The notes: a model not told the origin generated them from the sequence alone. DNA of 63,700 nt, filler included, from Licmophora abbreviata (GCA_900291995.1; 11 parts of 11 records of this genome joined end to end with filler, not necessarily neighbours in it), one strand, 5' to 3'. Positions 34,015 to 45,925 are shown, counted from the first letter of the whole stretch. A program made the numbers and translations.

Positions 34015-35352
34015 ATGGTGCGTCGAACGCCGACAAGAGCGCCCCAGCGCAGGGTGATTGAAGCCTGTTGGGTGGCGTTGCTCTTACCTTACAACAGTAT
34101 TGAATCATTTTCTCCTGTTCCAGTCCGTCAAAGCGCCCTCGGAATCCGGAAAAATATCTTTCGATTGACCACCGATGACACCAGCACCGAAACATCGGCG
34201 CCTCCCCCATCCGTCGCATCGACACCCATCACTATTACTACCGGCACTTCGTTTCCAGCATTCACTCCAGTCTTCGCCGAATCGCTATCGTTCGCGGAAG
34301 ACTGGGCCAAGTACTTTGTGTCTGAAAATTTCGATTCCAATATTGAAGAATTGAGGCGATATGTCCAGATTGTCACGGTGCTTCGGGTCGGAACGCCTGC
34401 GTCCCTCGCCGCATTCACAGCCTGGTTCATCTACCCCAGTGCGTCCTTGACACTGGCTGCCATTATCAACGATCCAGGGGCTTTTTCTGTCATTTCTCAA
34501 GACTCCAGTCAGTACATTCAAAACATTCTAACGACATGTGGGTTGATGTTTGTTCTCTTGACTGGAAACACATACTACTTTCTTTACAATCAGCAAGAAA
34601 AGATCTACCACGCTTTCTTTGACGAAGTGACAGTCGCCAAGAGTCTGTTGGAACAAGTCGCGTTGGTATGTCAGGGTCGGAAGACTATGTATTCGAAATT
34701 GTTAACATGTATCGAAAAGTATGTGCGAGAAGACTTGATGCGCTTTGACGTGGAACCTTCTGTTTTGCTCAGTGCCCGACCGATCGACGATCCGCTGGAA
34801 GATATCATGTACTTGACGAGCGTAGGTGAGCCGAGTGTCGTGTATCAGACCGTACGGTCGCTGCGTCAAGCCCGAGCCTATCGACTGGGTGCGATTCAGC
34901 GGAAGCTACCGCAGATTCATATGATTCTGTTGTGGAGTCTGGCCGCGCTAGTCTTGTGCACGTTTCCCCTACTGGGAGCGGGCGCCCAGATTATTGGTGG
35001 TGCGGGCATTCTCAAAGTTCAAGCTGTGTATATTTCCTTTATTGTCTTTGGAATCGGCTTGGTCATGGGCGTCTTGGAGGAGCTACAGACTCCGGGGGGC
35101 AAAGGCGCATATAACATTGCGACCGTCTTGACAGTCATGATTCAAGGTCTTGAGGATGAGTTGGAAGGACGAATGTTGGACCGGTACATTTCGAGATTGG
35201 GACCCAGTGTCGATATAACTTTGCCACGGCACCAAGAGTCCATTGACGTTGAGGATGACATGGAGGACGGTGAAGGCGATGAGTCGGAAAGAGGGTGGAT
35301 AGTGCGGCTCGCGGAGAGAATTCGAAATCGACGTCGTCCTGATGCTAGCTGA
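34015..35352 (+). CDS. Membrane protein, DUF4239-like, with possible plastid presequence
   Basis: Four or more TM segments around a soluble loop (DEVTVAKSL...RQARAYRLGAIQRKLP); ES-FSP cleavage-like motif. The family call is tentative. Confidence 0.6.
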   Translation: MVRRTPTRAPQRRVIEACWVALLLPYNSIESFSPVPVRQSALGIRKNIFRLTTDDTSTETSAPPPSVASTPITITTGTSFPAFTPVFAESLSFAEDWAKYFVSENFDSNIEELRRYVQIVTVLRVGTPASLAAFTAWFIYPSASLTLAAIINDPGAFSVISQDSSQYIQNILTTCGLMFVLLTGNTYYFLYNQQEKIYHAFFDEVTVAKSLLEQVALVCQGRKTMYSKLLTCIEKYVREDLMRFDVEPSVLLSARPIDDPLEDIMYLTSVGEPSVVYQTVRSLRQARAYRLGAIQRKLPQIHMILLWSLAALVLCTFPLLGAGAQIIGGAGILKVQAVYISFIVFGIGLVMGVLEELQTPGGKGAYNIATVLTVMIQGLEDELEGRMLDRYISRLGPSVDITLPRHQESIDVEDDMEDGEGDESERGWIVRLAERIRNRRRPDAS

Positions 35353-35556
35353 TAACAAGGCGAGNNNNNNNNNNNNNNNNNNNNNNNNNNNNNNNNNNNN
35401 NNNNNNNNTTAATTAATTAANNNNNNNNNNNNNNNNNNNNNNNNNNNNNNNNNNNNNNNNNNNNTGCTGGGTCAAGATCTTCGTCGTGTACAGTTGGACG
35501 AGGCTCATGCGTACGCGGCACCTCATAGCTGAAGAAGAAACGATAAATATACAACA

Positions 35557-37257
35557 ATGGGATTGAAATTCGTGCAACTGACATTGCTGTCCTGGGCGAC
35601 GACGAGCGTCTGGTCCTGCACGGACGTCCTGGTGACGCCTGGCGCCTCTGCCGACGGCAGCGCCATGCTGGCTTACAATGCCGATTCGGAGACGCTGATG
35701 GGCTATTTGTATCACTATGCTGCTACCGAGGGCGAAGGTGACAAGATGCGCAAAGTCTTCGACTGGGACGACGGTAGCTACCTGGGTGAGATCACGCACG
35801 CCAATCGAACCTACAATGTTGTCGGAAATTGCAATGAATACGGACTCTGCATCGGCGAATCGACCTTTGGTGGACTTTCGCTTCTGGCGAAACAGAATGG
35901 GGCGGTGCTTGACTACGGAACGTTGATTTATGTTACCTTGCAGCGATGCAAGACGGCCCGAGAGGCAATTCAGACAATGGATGGGCTCTTGGAAGAGTAC
36001 GGGTATGCCAGTCAGGGAGAGACCTTTAGCATTCTCGAACAGTCGGGAGACGTATGGATCATGGACATGATCGGGCGAGGCGACAGTTATGGAAAGAACG
36101 GCGCCGTGTGGGTTGCCCGTCGAGTCCCTGACGGCTATGTGACCGCACATGCCAACCAGGCTCGTATTACAACCTTCCCTCGAAACGACCCCGACAATTG
36201 CATGTACGCTGAGGACGTGGTCGACGTTGCCATTCACTACGGACTTTACTCCAAGGATGCCGACCCTGACCAATTTTCTTTCTCGGATGTATACTGTCCC
36301 TTGACGTTCGGAAGTGCACGGTTTAGCGAAGCTCGCGTTTGGAGCGTTTTTAGTGCAATTGCCGACGACGATGATTCCTTCCAACGGGAGTACTTGGATT
36401 ATGCCTCGGGACGCAACATTGCGCATCGCATGCCACTATGGATCAAGCCACTGGAAGAATTGACTCTGACGGACATGATTCACCTCATGTCGAGTCATTA
36501 TGAAGGTACCGAACTAGATCCGACACGGGATGTGGGATCCGGATTATTCGACTCACCGTACCGTCCTAGACCGCTCGAATGGAAACATGAAGACCGGACA
36601 TACTTCATTGAACGAACAATTGGTGTTCCAAAGACCGGATGGAACTTTATCGCCCAGATCCGCCCCTGGACGCCTCGAGAGCTCTCTGCGTTGATTTGGT
36701 TTGGCTGCGATGATAGTAGCACGTCACCGCGGTTTCCGGTGTATGCAAGCAGTACGCGCATCAGCCAAGCGTACCATGGCTACAGCTCGACGGATGGAGT
36801 CTTGCAGCCCATCATGGAGTTTGACATGGACAAGGCGTTCTGGGTCCAAAATATGGTTTCGAATCTAGCGTACTCGCGGTGGAGGGACATTTATCCAGTC
36901 GTTCGTGAGAAGATTGGCTTGATTCACAATGAGTTTGAAAAGGAAGTGACATCGGTTGATGCAGATGCGACTGCACTCTACACAATGAACGGGCCAGCTT
37001 CTGCCGTTGAATTTGTCACCAAGTACGGCGTCGAGGCGGGCGACTATCTTCACCAGTATTGGCTTAAGTTTTACGGGCAACTCTTTGCACGGTTTCGAGA
37101 CTTTTTCGATATTACTCCGAATAGCAAACGTCCTGATTGCGCTTGTGAGTCAAAAGAGATTGGCATGTCGTACGAGTGGCGTGAGCGTATCATCAAAGAG
37201 ACGGGTAGTCGGTACAAAGTTCTCAACACCGAGCGAACGGGCGCAGAAGAGGCTTGA
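35557..37257 (+). CDS. Peptidase C69 (dipeptidase/secernin, Ntn-hydrolase), secreted
   Basis: Signal peptide followed directly by the catalytic Cys in CTDVLVTPGASADGS..AYNADS; NEYGLCIGESTFGG; HANQARI; FSEARVWS. Confidence 0.9.
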   Translation: MGLKFVQLTLLSWATTSVWSCTDVLVTPGASADGSAMLAYNADSETLMGYLYHYAATEGEGDKMRKVFDWDDGSYLGEITHANRTYNVVGNCNEYGLCIGESTFGGLSLLAKQNGAVLDYGTLIYVTLQRCKTAREAIQTMDGLLEEYGYASQGETFSILEQSGDVWIMDMIGRGDSYGKNGAVWVARRVPDGYVTAHANQARITTFPRNDPDNCMYAEDVVDVAIHYGLYSKDADPDQFSFSDVYCPLTFGSARFSEARVWSVFSAIADDDDSFQREYLDYASGRNIAHRMPLWIKPLEELTLTDMIHLMSSHYEGTELDPTRDVGSGLFDSPYRPRPLEWKHEDRTYFIERTIGVPKTGWNFIAQIRPWTPRELSALIWFGCDDSSTSPRFPVYASSTRISQAYHGYSSTDGVLQPIMEFDMDKAFWVQNMVSNLAYSRWRDIYPVVREKIGLIHNEFEKEVTSVDADATALYTMNGPASAVEFVTKYGVEAGDYLHQYWLKFYGQLFARFRDFFDITPNSKRPDCACESKEIGMSYEWRERIIKETGSRYKVLNTERTGAEEA

Positions 37258-37355
37258 CTATTGACGACTTCTGACTTAAAATCTAGTTGTATGTTATGCG
37301 TCTCATTGCCTTAGTTTTATATTCAATCGTATTCACCCTATTTGTGAGGCATGCG

Positions 37356-39043
37356 TTAATCTGTCTTGGTAGCTTCGTCGGTGCGTTTGTGGTAGTTATT
37401 TGCCTTCATATCATTTATGCCGAGAATCTCATTTTGTTCGTGCGATCGTTCATATCGTTTGATATCCAACCCGATGTCGACGTTGTCTTCATTCCCATCC
37501 TTTCCCACCTGCTGTGTTAGTGCAGTAGCCTGTTGCGGAACCGGACCGACAAACGAGTTGGCCAGTGGGTCTGACAAAATGAGTGTAAACGGGAACATCT
37601 TTCCGTCAGCCATGTTGCTCAGCTTAGAGAGAAACTCGAGGTATCTCGCATGGCTGGGAAGTGGTTCGGAGAAAGCGCCACCGTCGTTCGTCATGTGCTG
37701 CTTCAACGCTCCGTCGCCACCACCGAACGGGTTCGCCATCTTCAACTGACCAAGAATCTTCTTCAATAGACCCTCTATTGTTGTGTATACACCATCAAGG
37801 CCACCTTCATCTAACTCCAATTCCAACTCCGGCAGCCTGACTCCTGCAGTATCACTCTTCAAAACTTCTCGCGACAAATCGTCCTCCCCTTGAACGAATA
37901 GAGTAATTTTCGATCCCAAATTTGGTATGGCGCCCCCGCCCTTTATTTCATTGCTTCTGAATCCGCACTGCTCACAAACGAGGCACATGATGATGACTTC
38001 CTTGAAATGAGGAATGTCTGCAACGCACATAGCCGTCTCGGCCGGTTGGCAGCAGTTCGGGCACTCCGTCGAGAACTTCATCACTTCTCGCTTGACAATG
38101 TTGTCGGACGAGGCAGCAACTGGCATTTCTCGCATATCAATGGGGTGAGATCCAGCGACACTATTGACGGAGTTCTTGTGTTTGGGAATTGTATCATCAA
38201 TGGAACCGGCGTCGATCGCCGCTTTGGATGGTTGCAAGCCCAAACTCATGTCCCGCGTGGGCGTTCGAAAGTACTTGGTCGACTTCATATTGGGATCGGG
38301 AGCTGGGGCATGAGGATTTTCTATGAAAGAGTTGCCCGCTGGGTCATCCACAATCACGTCAAACGGAAATCGGTTCGAGCTTGCGCCTGCATCGTCGTCG
38401 TCGTCGTCGCTGCCTTCAAATTCCAAGCCGGCATACCATCGCAGGTGTTGAATGACCCTGCGACACCTGTGAAAGTTGTCAGTATCCCCCAATCGAAGTC
38501 TCTCTGGCTGTAACGCTTCCAAATTTTCCGCCGCTCGCTTCAGAAATCCTTCCAGCGTCGATATCGTCCCCCGCTGAGTTTCGGATGGAATCTCCAACTC
38601 CAGCTGAGGAATGTACAACGTTGCCGAGTCCGATTTGACAAGCTGCCTGTTTCGATCTTCCGCGCGTGTGACTCTGAACTCGATTCGTTCTCCCTTTTCT
38701 CGAATCTCTCCTCCAAACGTAACCTCCGAGTTTTGGAAGCTGCAGTCCTAATGTGTGAGGGGAAACGATGGTGCATATAGAATCAAATGAGCGAAGTAAC
38801 ATCCAGCATCACGAAATAAGCGACACAATCGGGGCCACATTGTCATCGCCGCACTGCGCTCACCTCACATGTCAGTGTCATTATTATGATTTCTCGAAAG
38901 AAAGGAATTTGTGTGGGAAGCACGACAGTGACAGCGTTGCCACCATGACAGTTGGGGCACAAGCAGCTGGCAATCTCCGAGATGTCGTCAATCACGCCGC
39001 CTTGCTGGTGCAAGTCATGCTTGTCCGCGGGGGGCTCGATCAT
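37356..39043 (-). CDS. ZPR1: Zinc finger protein ZPR1; 2 exons
   Basis: Two ZPR1 modules: CPNC...IPFFREIIIM..CEDC and CPNC...IPHFKEVIIM..CEQCG; KSD, TLEG/TIEG, DPAGNS/DPLANS. Intron 38748-38863. The start at ATG 39043 is provisional. Confidence 0.92.
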
Positions 39044-39445
39044 TCTATCCTCTCGACACAAGGACACGAAATTTGATGACAAAGAAAACGAACGAACTCA
39101 AATGTCGTGGTGGCCGTCGGGTTGCTCCTCCTTTGATGTAGAGACATCATCATGGTCCCATGATGTTGATGCTGTGCTGCCGTGATGCTGATGCCGTTTT
39201 GACCGAAGTGTCTTTCATGTCAGCGTTTGTGAAGCATCCACGCCAATTCTTTCCTGTTTCACCTCACACGCCTCAACGCCGAGGAGTGGATGTCTCTGTC
39301 GCGAGCCTACTACAAACTCATATATTGAAAACACATAGCATTCAACAGTAGGTTCCGTGATGTCGACACCTCAACTAGGACCGATGCTCTTTCACCTGCG
39401 TCGTATCGTATCCGATTGCTACGATAGTTAATCGTCTACTCATTA

Positions 39446-40704
39446 CTACGTATAGAATTTTCTCACGTCTCTTTCTTGGGGACGACAACTGCTGTCCACC
39501 ATCTTCTGCCCAATCATGACTCCAACTAGCAGTAGTAGAAACCCTAATCCAACAAGAGGCATCGCCATCTCACAACGCAACCATTGGGTCTGAACTGCAG
39601 TATTGTCCACAAACGTGTAGCGTCGAGGCACGAACGCAGACACAGTTTGCAGCGTGGACTGTTCCTCGACCCGCTGCAAGAAGTCAGCAATGGCATCATT
39701 CATTCGTCCTGGCTCATCAATCATCGTTAAATGACCACAATTATGCAGCATGAATCGCTCCGTGACGGGAATATTCCTCTCCAAAATGTCAATGACGCTA
39801 GGCGGGACCACGTCGAAGGCCCCTTCCGTCAGTAGAACGGGAATGGTGATTGTGTGCAGATCGGATGTTACGTTGTAGTCAGCCATGGTGCCATTGGAAT
39901 CTAGAATGAATGTACTTGCGCCGCCAAAGGCCCGATCATTCACGGTCGATGTGGCTGCGTCGAGCGAGGCGACAAGGCAACTCGGGGGCGGCCAGGTTCG
40001 ACTTGAGAACAGTGGAAGCATGTGTTGTGCCAAGGCTTGATACTCCAGAGAGTCGTATTGATGATGGTTGCCAAGAGACAGTATGCGGTTTTGAACAAAC
40101 GGTGGCAGTTGACCAAACGGGCCAGACGTGGACCATTGTGCTTCATACAAAGCTACAATGTCGGGCATGGTGGACGAGAGTACCATGGAAACCAGGCTCG
40201 ATGAATCGTGGATCGCATACGACAAAGCAATCATTCCTCCGTAGGAGTTTCCAATTAAATGAAATTTGTCAAGTTTGAGATGTTTCAGTAATGCAGGAAG
40301 CTCATCGGTCGCGCAGTAGCTCATTTGGAACAAGTGATGGTTGTCATCCCATCATCAGCGTCGTTGCTTCTAGATTTCCCGCAGCCAGCTTGGTCGTAGA
40401 AGTAAACGTCTCAGTCCTGACATGCCTGCTGCTGAAGAGGTAGCATCTAGTCATGCGATAGCCCCGGACCACCGTGTACAATTACCACAGGCAGTAGCTG
40501 CTGGCCTGCTGTCGTCGTTGTAGCGTCTGAGCTCGTCGACGCACACGACGCGGCATCATCGTTGTCGCGTCGGTAGAATCTCCAATAGCGCACGCCTATA
40601 CCACGAATCGTCAAAAGTCCCTCATCGACATGAAGTGGACACAAGTCGGGGATCAGTTCCTCGCAGCTCCATCCCTCAAAGCTATTGCCGCCGTTCGCCA
40701 TCAT
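39446..40704 (-). pseudogene. Proline iminopeptidase-like (S33, alpha/beta hydrolase) pseudogene with C-terminal TM anchor
   Basis: HGGPGLSHD*MLPL...ACQD*DVYFYDQAGCGKS has in-frame TAG (40447-40449) and TGA (40411-40413). A frameshift near 40350 precedes GNSYGG, FDVV and CGHL. Confidence 0.8.
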
Positions 40705-41143
40705 CGTCGTGTCAACAGCACCCTTTCTTAGATCTTTTTCAAATTGTTCTTTGGTGTCGCATCAAAGAAGCGCGCAATTTTTGGGGGAATCAGGAATTGA
40801 GGCTCGTATGGGNNNNNNNNNNNNNNNNNNNNNNNNNNNNNNNNNNNNNNNNNNNNTTAATTAATTAANNNNNNNNNNNNNNNNNNNNNNNNNNNNNNNN
40901 NNNNNNNNNNNNCTAAGAAGCGCGCAATTCTGGGGGGAATCAGGAATTGAGGCTCGTATGGGATATCACATTACTCAAACACGTCATCGTCGCCCATCTC
41001 CATCAACTTTCTTCATCTCAATCTCGTCGTCGTGTGTCTCCCCATGAAAGCGGCCGGCACGTGGTCTCCCATTGTTTGCTCTATCTGAGAGGCTTCTGAA
41101 CTCGCAACCTCGCTTCTTTGCACCCCGAACGCAGAAGTTTGGC

Positions 41144-43257
41144 ATGCTGACTTCTTCCAAGCTTGCATTGACGCAGACGCGCGCTAGAACAGTCGCAATC
41201 AGGACGACGAGGCCGATTCGGCACTATCATCGGCCGATAATATCTCCGCCGTCGGCACATCGACGCCTGCTTGGATCATCAGTCTCTCTCGCTTGTCCTC
41301 GTCTAATAGGAAACATATGTATAAGCACAAGCCGCGTAATGATCCCATCCCTGGATCGATCGCAGCAGCTTCTTTCCGTTCGAGCCATAACGGAAGGGAA
41401 GACAAAGAAATCAAAGAAGAAGACAAACAAAAAGAAGAAGAGCAGTTCCACAAAACAAGGTAGCAGCGGAAAGAAATCAACCCCTAAGGGCACGAAGCCT
41501 CGAAAACTGAGCTCCAAGGTACGACGTAAACGAGAAAGCGAAAAGCAAAAGCGCAGGAACGCTTGGATGGAAAAACAAAGGAAATTGAAGCGAATGAATG
41601 GCTTGCATGTGGCCGCAAAGTGGAAACGAGTCTTGTCACAATGTGATTATTGGTTTAGCAAGGTCAATCTCAAAGATGATGACTACATGGTGAAGGTCCT
41701 CCGTAAAAACGATGGATGGTTTCCAATTCGAGAATTGTTGACCTTTCCCAAATTTGAGCACTGGACCAACGCGGATCTTCTGGTGAATGCCTTCACAAGC
41801 TCAGCGGCACAGCGTTATGCAATCAAGTACGGGCCGGTGGGAAAAAAGAAAAAGTCAAAGAAGGCTAAGAAGAAGGTAGTGAAGTCGGCAGAGGTGGCAG
41901 CGGGTGATGATGGTCCCGCGGAAGATGCAACCAGTGACGGAGGTGGTGTGATCGGCATGCTGCTGAAAAGTATCAGCAGCTGGATGCCGTTTCGATCATT
42001 ACTGTGGGGCCGTGATCAAGAAGTGATACCTACTGAAACAGACGACCAAATAAAGGACAAAAATACGAGTGGGAAAGGTATCGAGAAGGTCGAGGAGAGC
42101 GATATACCAGAGATTGCTGCCGCGAACAACGATACGTTTGTCGACGATGAAGAAGAGCGTAAGCGGGAGGCTCTGTTGCTGGAGGACAGATGGGGGAGCG
42201 ACGGCGACGTTCGTGAAGAAGATATGAATGATGACGAACTTGCCAAAACAGAATCTTCGCTTGAGTCTACCTTCGACCCCTTGTACGATGTACGCGACGA
42301 CGAGTGGGATGAGAACGACTCAGTAGTCAAACGCGAGGAAGACGAACCCGTTGCTGCTTCTGCCAATCAAGGCTCGAACGAATCTTCACCGATCGAATGC
42401 GATCCACAATGGGCCCTGGTGCGTCATCGACGTGTCTCGCTTGAGACACTTGACCTTCTAGAGATAGAAATGCGCCAGGCGAGCGAACGAGGGGACGATG
42501 TTGACGTCGTGGAAGAAGAGTCACCCGAAAAGAAAAAGCATCGTCGGTATAGCCACTACAACACTCAAAGAGAGGTTGTGGTCGTTCGAGACCTAAAGAA
42601 ATTAGCGGAAGTTTGCGATCGTCTCCGCAAGGCTGTGTCCGAAAGTGCTAAACAGTGGCCAGAAGACGCGAATGCAAGCGTGCTTGGTTTCGACGTGGAG
42701 TATTGCTCCCTCGAATATGATATCCGAAACACTTTGCCTGCCATGATACAGCTTTCATCACCCGAGCGAAGTGGCCCTGTGGCTCTGATTTGGCTTGACA
42801 AGTTTCACGACCACGGTCGTGGCTGGCTCGTGTCTAATGATCAATACAAACCACTTACATCGCTACTGGCTGACTCGTCCATTCTCAAAGTTGGTGTCGG
42901 TGCGGGAAAAGATGCACATCACCTCGCAAAGTGGGGGGTGTAACCGTAAGGGACTACGCGGATCATTTCTTTGGCGGAATTGTGAACATTGAAGACGTCG
43001 ATGACGAGCGTGTTTCAGGCAAGAATCTACAAGAAATGAATGCACTTACACTCAAACGCCGGCTTCGAAAGCTCAAAGAAAAGAAGCGGAAAACAGCAAA
43101 GGCGAGGGGGCGAAAGAAGAAGAGGACAGCACATTGGCGAGCAGACACCCTTACAGACGAGATGATGCAGTACGCTGTGAACGATGCAGCGTCCGCGGTG
43201 GACGTGTGGATGACAATACATGGGCTAAGGACGGAGCAGGATCATAATATTTTGTAA
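41144..43257 (+). CDS. La-motif (HTH) + DEDDy 3'-5' exonuclease fusion protein; 1-bp frameshift near 42935
   Basis: La motif QCDYWFSKVNLKDDDYM...GWFPIRELLTFPKF; ExoI GFDVEY; ExoII KVGVGAGKD. ExoIII YAVND lies in the shifted frame after the G6 run at 42933-42938. Confidence 0.75.
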
Positions 43258-43595
43258 GTCGAACTAGCGAATAGCGGCGCGCTTGTTCACCTCGTACGAC
43301 ATTTTTGAATAGTAGAAGAAGGGCTCTTCTCTCTCGGGCTATAGGGTGACTGTCCAGCAGTATCAGTGTGCCCCAAAGGTTGCGAATAGCAATGGTTTTC
43401 CGGTGGGACTAGATAGACAGTTCACCGTCGTGTCTTAACAANNNNNNNNNNNNNNNNNNNNNNNNNNNNNNNNNNNNNNNNNNNNTTAATTAATTAANNN
43501 NNNNNNNNNNNNNNNNNNNNNNNNNNNNNNNNNNNNNNNNNTGTACCCGCAGCTCATCTGGCTCGATCTCTCCTCTCTGAGCATTACTAACAGTC

Positions 43596-44537
43596 ATGAA
43601 GCGCAGAATGATGCATCGTGCGCTTCCCATGATACTGGGAAGTGTCGTCGGCGTGTCGGCCTTTGTCCCGTACAGCTCTCGAACTTCTGCTTCGAAGACG
43701 TACCATCACTCGACAACGGAACTGACAACGGAACTGGGTGCGTCGCGCTCAATTTGCTCGTTCGATGCGTCAGACTTCTCGCTAGCGACAGGGGACTGGC
43801 CGTACACGGAGTCTGACATGGCTCGTGTGGACAGCTCAGATGATTCCCGCTTTTACGATGCCCCGCGGTTCGTTACGCACATTGACGAACGGGCTATTGA
43901 GTCATTGACCGACTTCTACCGCGAGGAGATGGCTGCTTTTGCGCTTCGGAAGAATGGAGATATCGACGTTTTGGATTTGTGCTCAAGTTGGATCTCCCAT
44001 CTACCCACGGACGAGATTGTGCCCATGGGACGAATTGTGGGAGTCGGCATGAATGAGGAGGAGCTAGCAGCCAACAAGCAACTCACGGAATACCATGTTC
44101 AAGACCTGAACAAGGATCCCCTGCTGACTCGTTTTGAGGATGAGTCTTTCGATGTCGTCTGTAACGTCGTTTCTGTGGACTACTTGACATCGCCTAAGGA
44201 GATCTTTGAGGAAACTTACAGAGTGTTACGACCAGGTGGAATCGCCTTGGTGTCGTTTTCCAATCGATGTTTTCCGACCAAGGCCGTATCGATGTGGCTA
44301 CAAGCAGACGACATTGGTCGCATGACGATTGTTGCATCCTACTATCACTATTCGGCCAAGTGGTCGACCATTGAAGCATTGGACATTCGACTGCCGCCCT
44401 TGGAGGCGCCCAAGCGCCCCTCGTTCCAAGAAATGTTTCAGAATCCAAGCTCGGGTTGGGCCTACATGAATACAGCTGCGAGCGTCGCTAAATCCAATGC
44501 GGGAGACCCGATGTATGTTGTCAAAGGAGAAAAATGA
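43596..44537 (+). CDS. Class I SAM-dependent methyltransferase (type 11), plastid-targeted
   Basis: VSA-FVP bipartite motif; FYDAPRFVTHID, VLDLCSSWISHLP, VSVDYL, RVLRPGG, FSNRCFPTKA. Confidence 0.9.
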   Translation: MKRRMMHRALPMILGSVVGVSAFVPYSSRTSASKTYHHSTTELTTELGASRSICSFDASDFSLATGDWPYTESDMARVDSSDDSRFYDAPRFVTHIDERAIESLTDFYREEMAAFALRKNGDIDVLDLCSSWISHLPTDEIVPMGRIVGVGMNEEELAANKQLTEYHVQDLNKDPLLTRFEDESFDVVCNVVSVDYLTSPKEIFEETYRVLRPGGIALVSFSNRCFPTKAVSMWLQADDIGRMTIVASYYHYSAKWSTIEALDIRLPPLEAPKRPSFQEMFQNPSSGWAYMNTAASVAKSNAGDPMYVVKGEK

Positions 44538-44904
44538 TATAACTTTGAGTTTTTAAACAACAATAGGACTAATAGTATGCAGACATAAGGAGAGCTCTGC
44601 ATGAGCAGCTCAACCTCATGTGAGAGCACCCGCTTCGCGAGCTTCGAGCTTTAGAATAAGTGTGATGTATAGTGATGCCTGTCCGTCTCGCGCACCCGCC
44701 GCGACAGCGACGACGATGATGATGCCTGAGGAAATTTGATCACAGAACGAACGGCGTGTCAGAATCCATGATGGACTTGCTGTGTGTGTGCAACGAAAGT
44801 CCCCTACCGCCATAACAGCTGAGTCAATTTAAATCAAGCCGGCTGAAGAGGAAGGAGCGTTCGGAATAAGTTCAACTCGCGTCTCCATCCTTTTTGCTTC
44901 GATC

Positions 44905-45807
44905 ATGGACGAATCTGACGACGACAATGCTGCCGCAATAAATCCGAGCGGCTCGTCTCGTCGCAAAGAGCGGATGCGAAAAGAGTTTGACACCTTGCAT
45001 CGAGAGATGGAAATCGCAGAGTACGCCACCTCGGAACACGGGCACCAGTTTCGCAGAAAAGTCCCTCGTGCGGAGAGCCAGAAACGCACCCGCAAACGCA
45101 AACTCCTCGAACAGAGCGATGCGACCGAGCGTGCGGTGCATACGGAAGATTATTCGAATCGAATGCGCGGTGCAAAGAGAGCCTTCCAAGATGATGTCAT
45201 CGCGGGGAGTCAAGTTTTCCATGGCGGACAGAAGAGTGACGACGAACCCGACGACGACGATGAGTCGATAGACAAGTACCTCGACGAAGGTGAGGACGAG
45301 GAGCAATCCGACGCTGTGGAAGAGGAAGCCGACGGAGAAGATGTCGATAACGACGAAGCGATCACGAAAGTTGCGCCATCCGCCACTAGACTTCCCAGAA
45401 AAAATTCGTCGGGACAGCCCAAGAAGCGACAAGTGTACCGAATGAAGAATTTCACATCGATCCGAATGGCAGAAAGGTATGGAGATGCTTTGGGGGCACA
45501 CGCGCGAGGACTATCTCGCGAAGCCGTCGAAAAGCTGGAGCAGGTTGCCGCTGATGCACCTGCTGCTCCTCAGGTGTACTCCTCACTTGGACTCGTTTAC
45601 GAAAGCATTCTGTCCGAAAGTAGGAGAGGAGGGATGCGGTCCGCCGGAACAGACTGGGGTGAGCAACAAGAAGGGCCTATCAGCCTGAAGAAGCAGATCG
45701 ACTTGGCAAAGAAAGCGTATGGGTCATATCATGTGTCCGCTGTACTCTGCAAGAAAGATTTTACGCTCTGGGCTCGAGCTGCGGATACTGCAGTCGAGAT
45801 TGCGGAC
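44905..45807 (+). CDS. TPR protein, probably TFIIIC subunit Tfc4/GTF3C3-like (5' part only, truncated by gap)
   Basis: Acidic N-terminus, then TPR-like AVEKLEQVAADAPAAPQVYSSLGLVYE...SAVLCKKDFTLW; frame open into the gap. Confidence 0.55.
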
Positions 45808-45925
45808 NNNNNNNNNNNNNNNNNNNNNNNNNNNNNNNNNNNNNNNNNNNNTTAATTAATTAANNNNNNNNNNNNNNNNNNNNNNNNNNNNNNNNNNNNN
45901 NNNNNNNATCACCGACTGCCCATAG

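Noticed and set aside
35413..36426. Long antisense or alternative-frame ORFs (e.g. 35413-36426, 54474-55373, 13872-14666, 7814-8521)
   Set aside because: They are shadows of well-supported genes on the opposite strand or frame and have no recognisable motifs.
40411..40449. Stop-codon reassignment or selenocysteine at the in-frame TAG/TGA
   Set aside because: The positions correspond to Tyr- and Arg-like residues, a frameshift follows, and other genes terminate at TAG, TGA and TAA normally.
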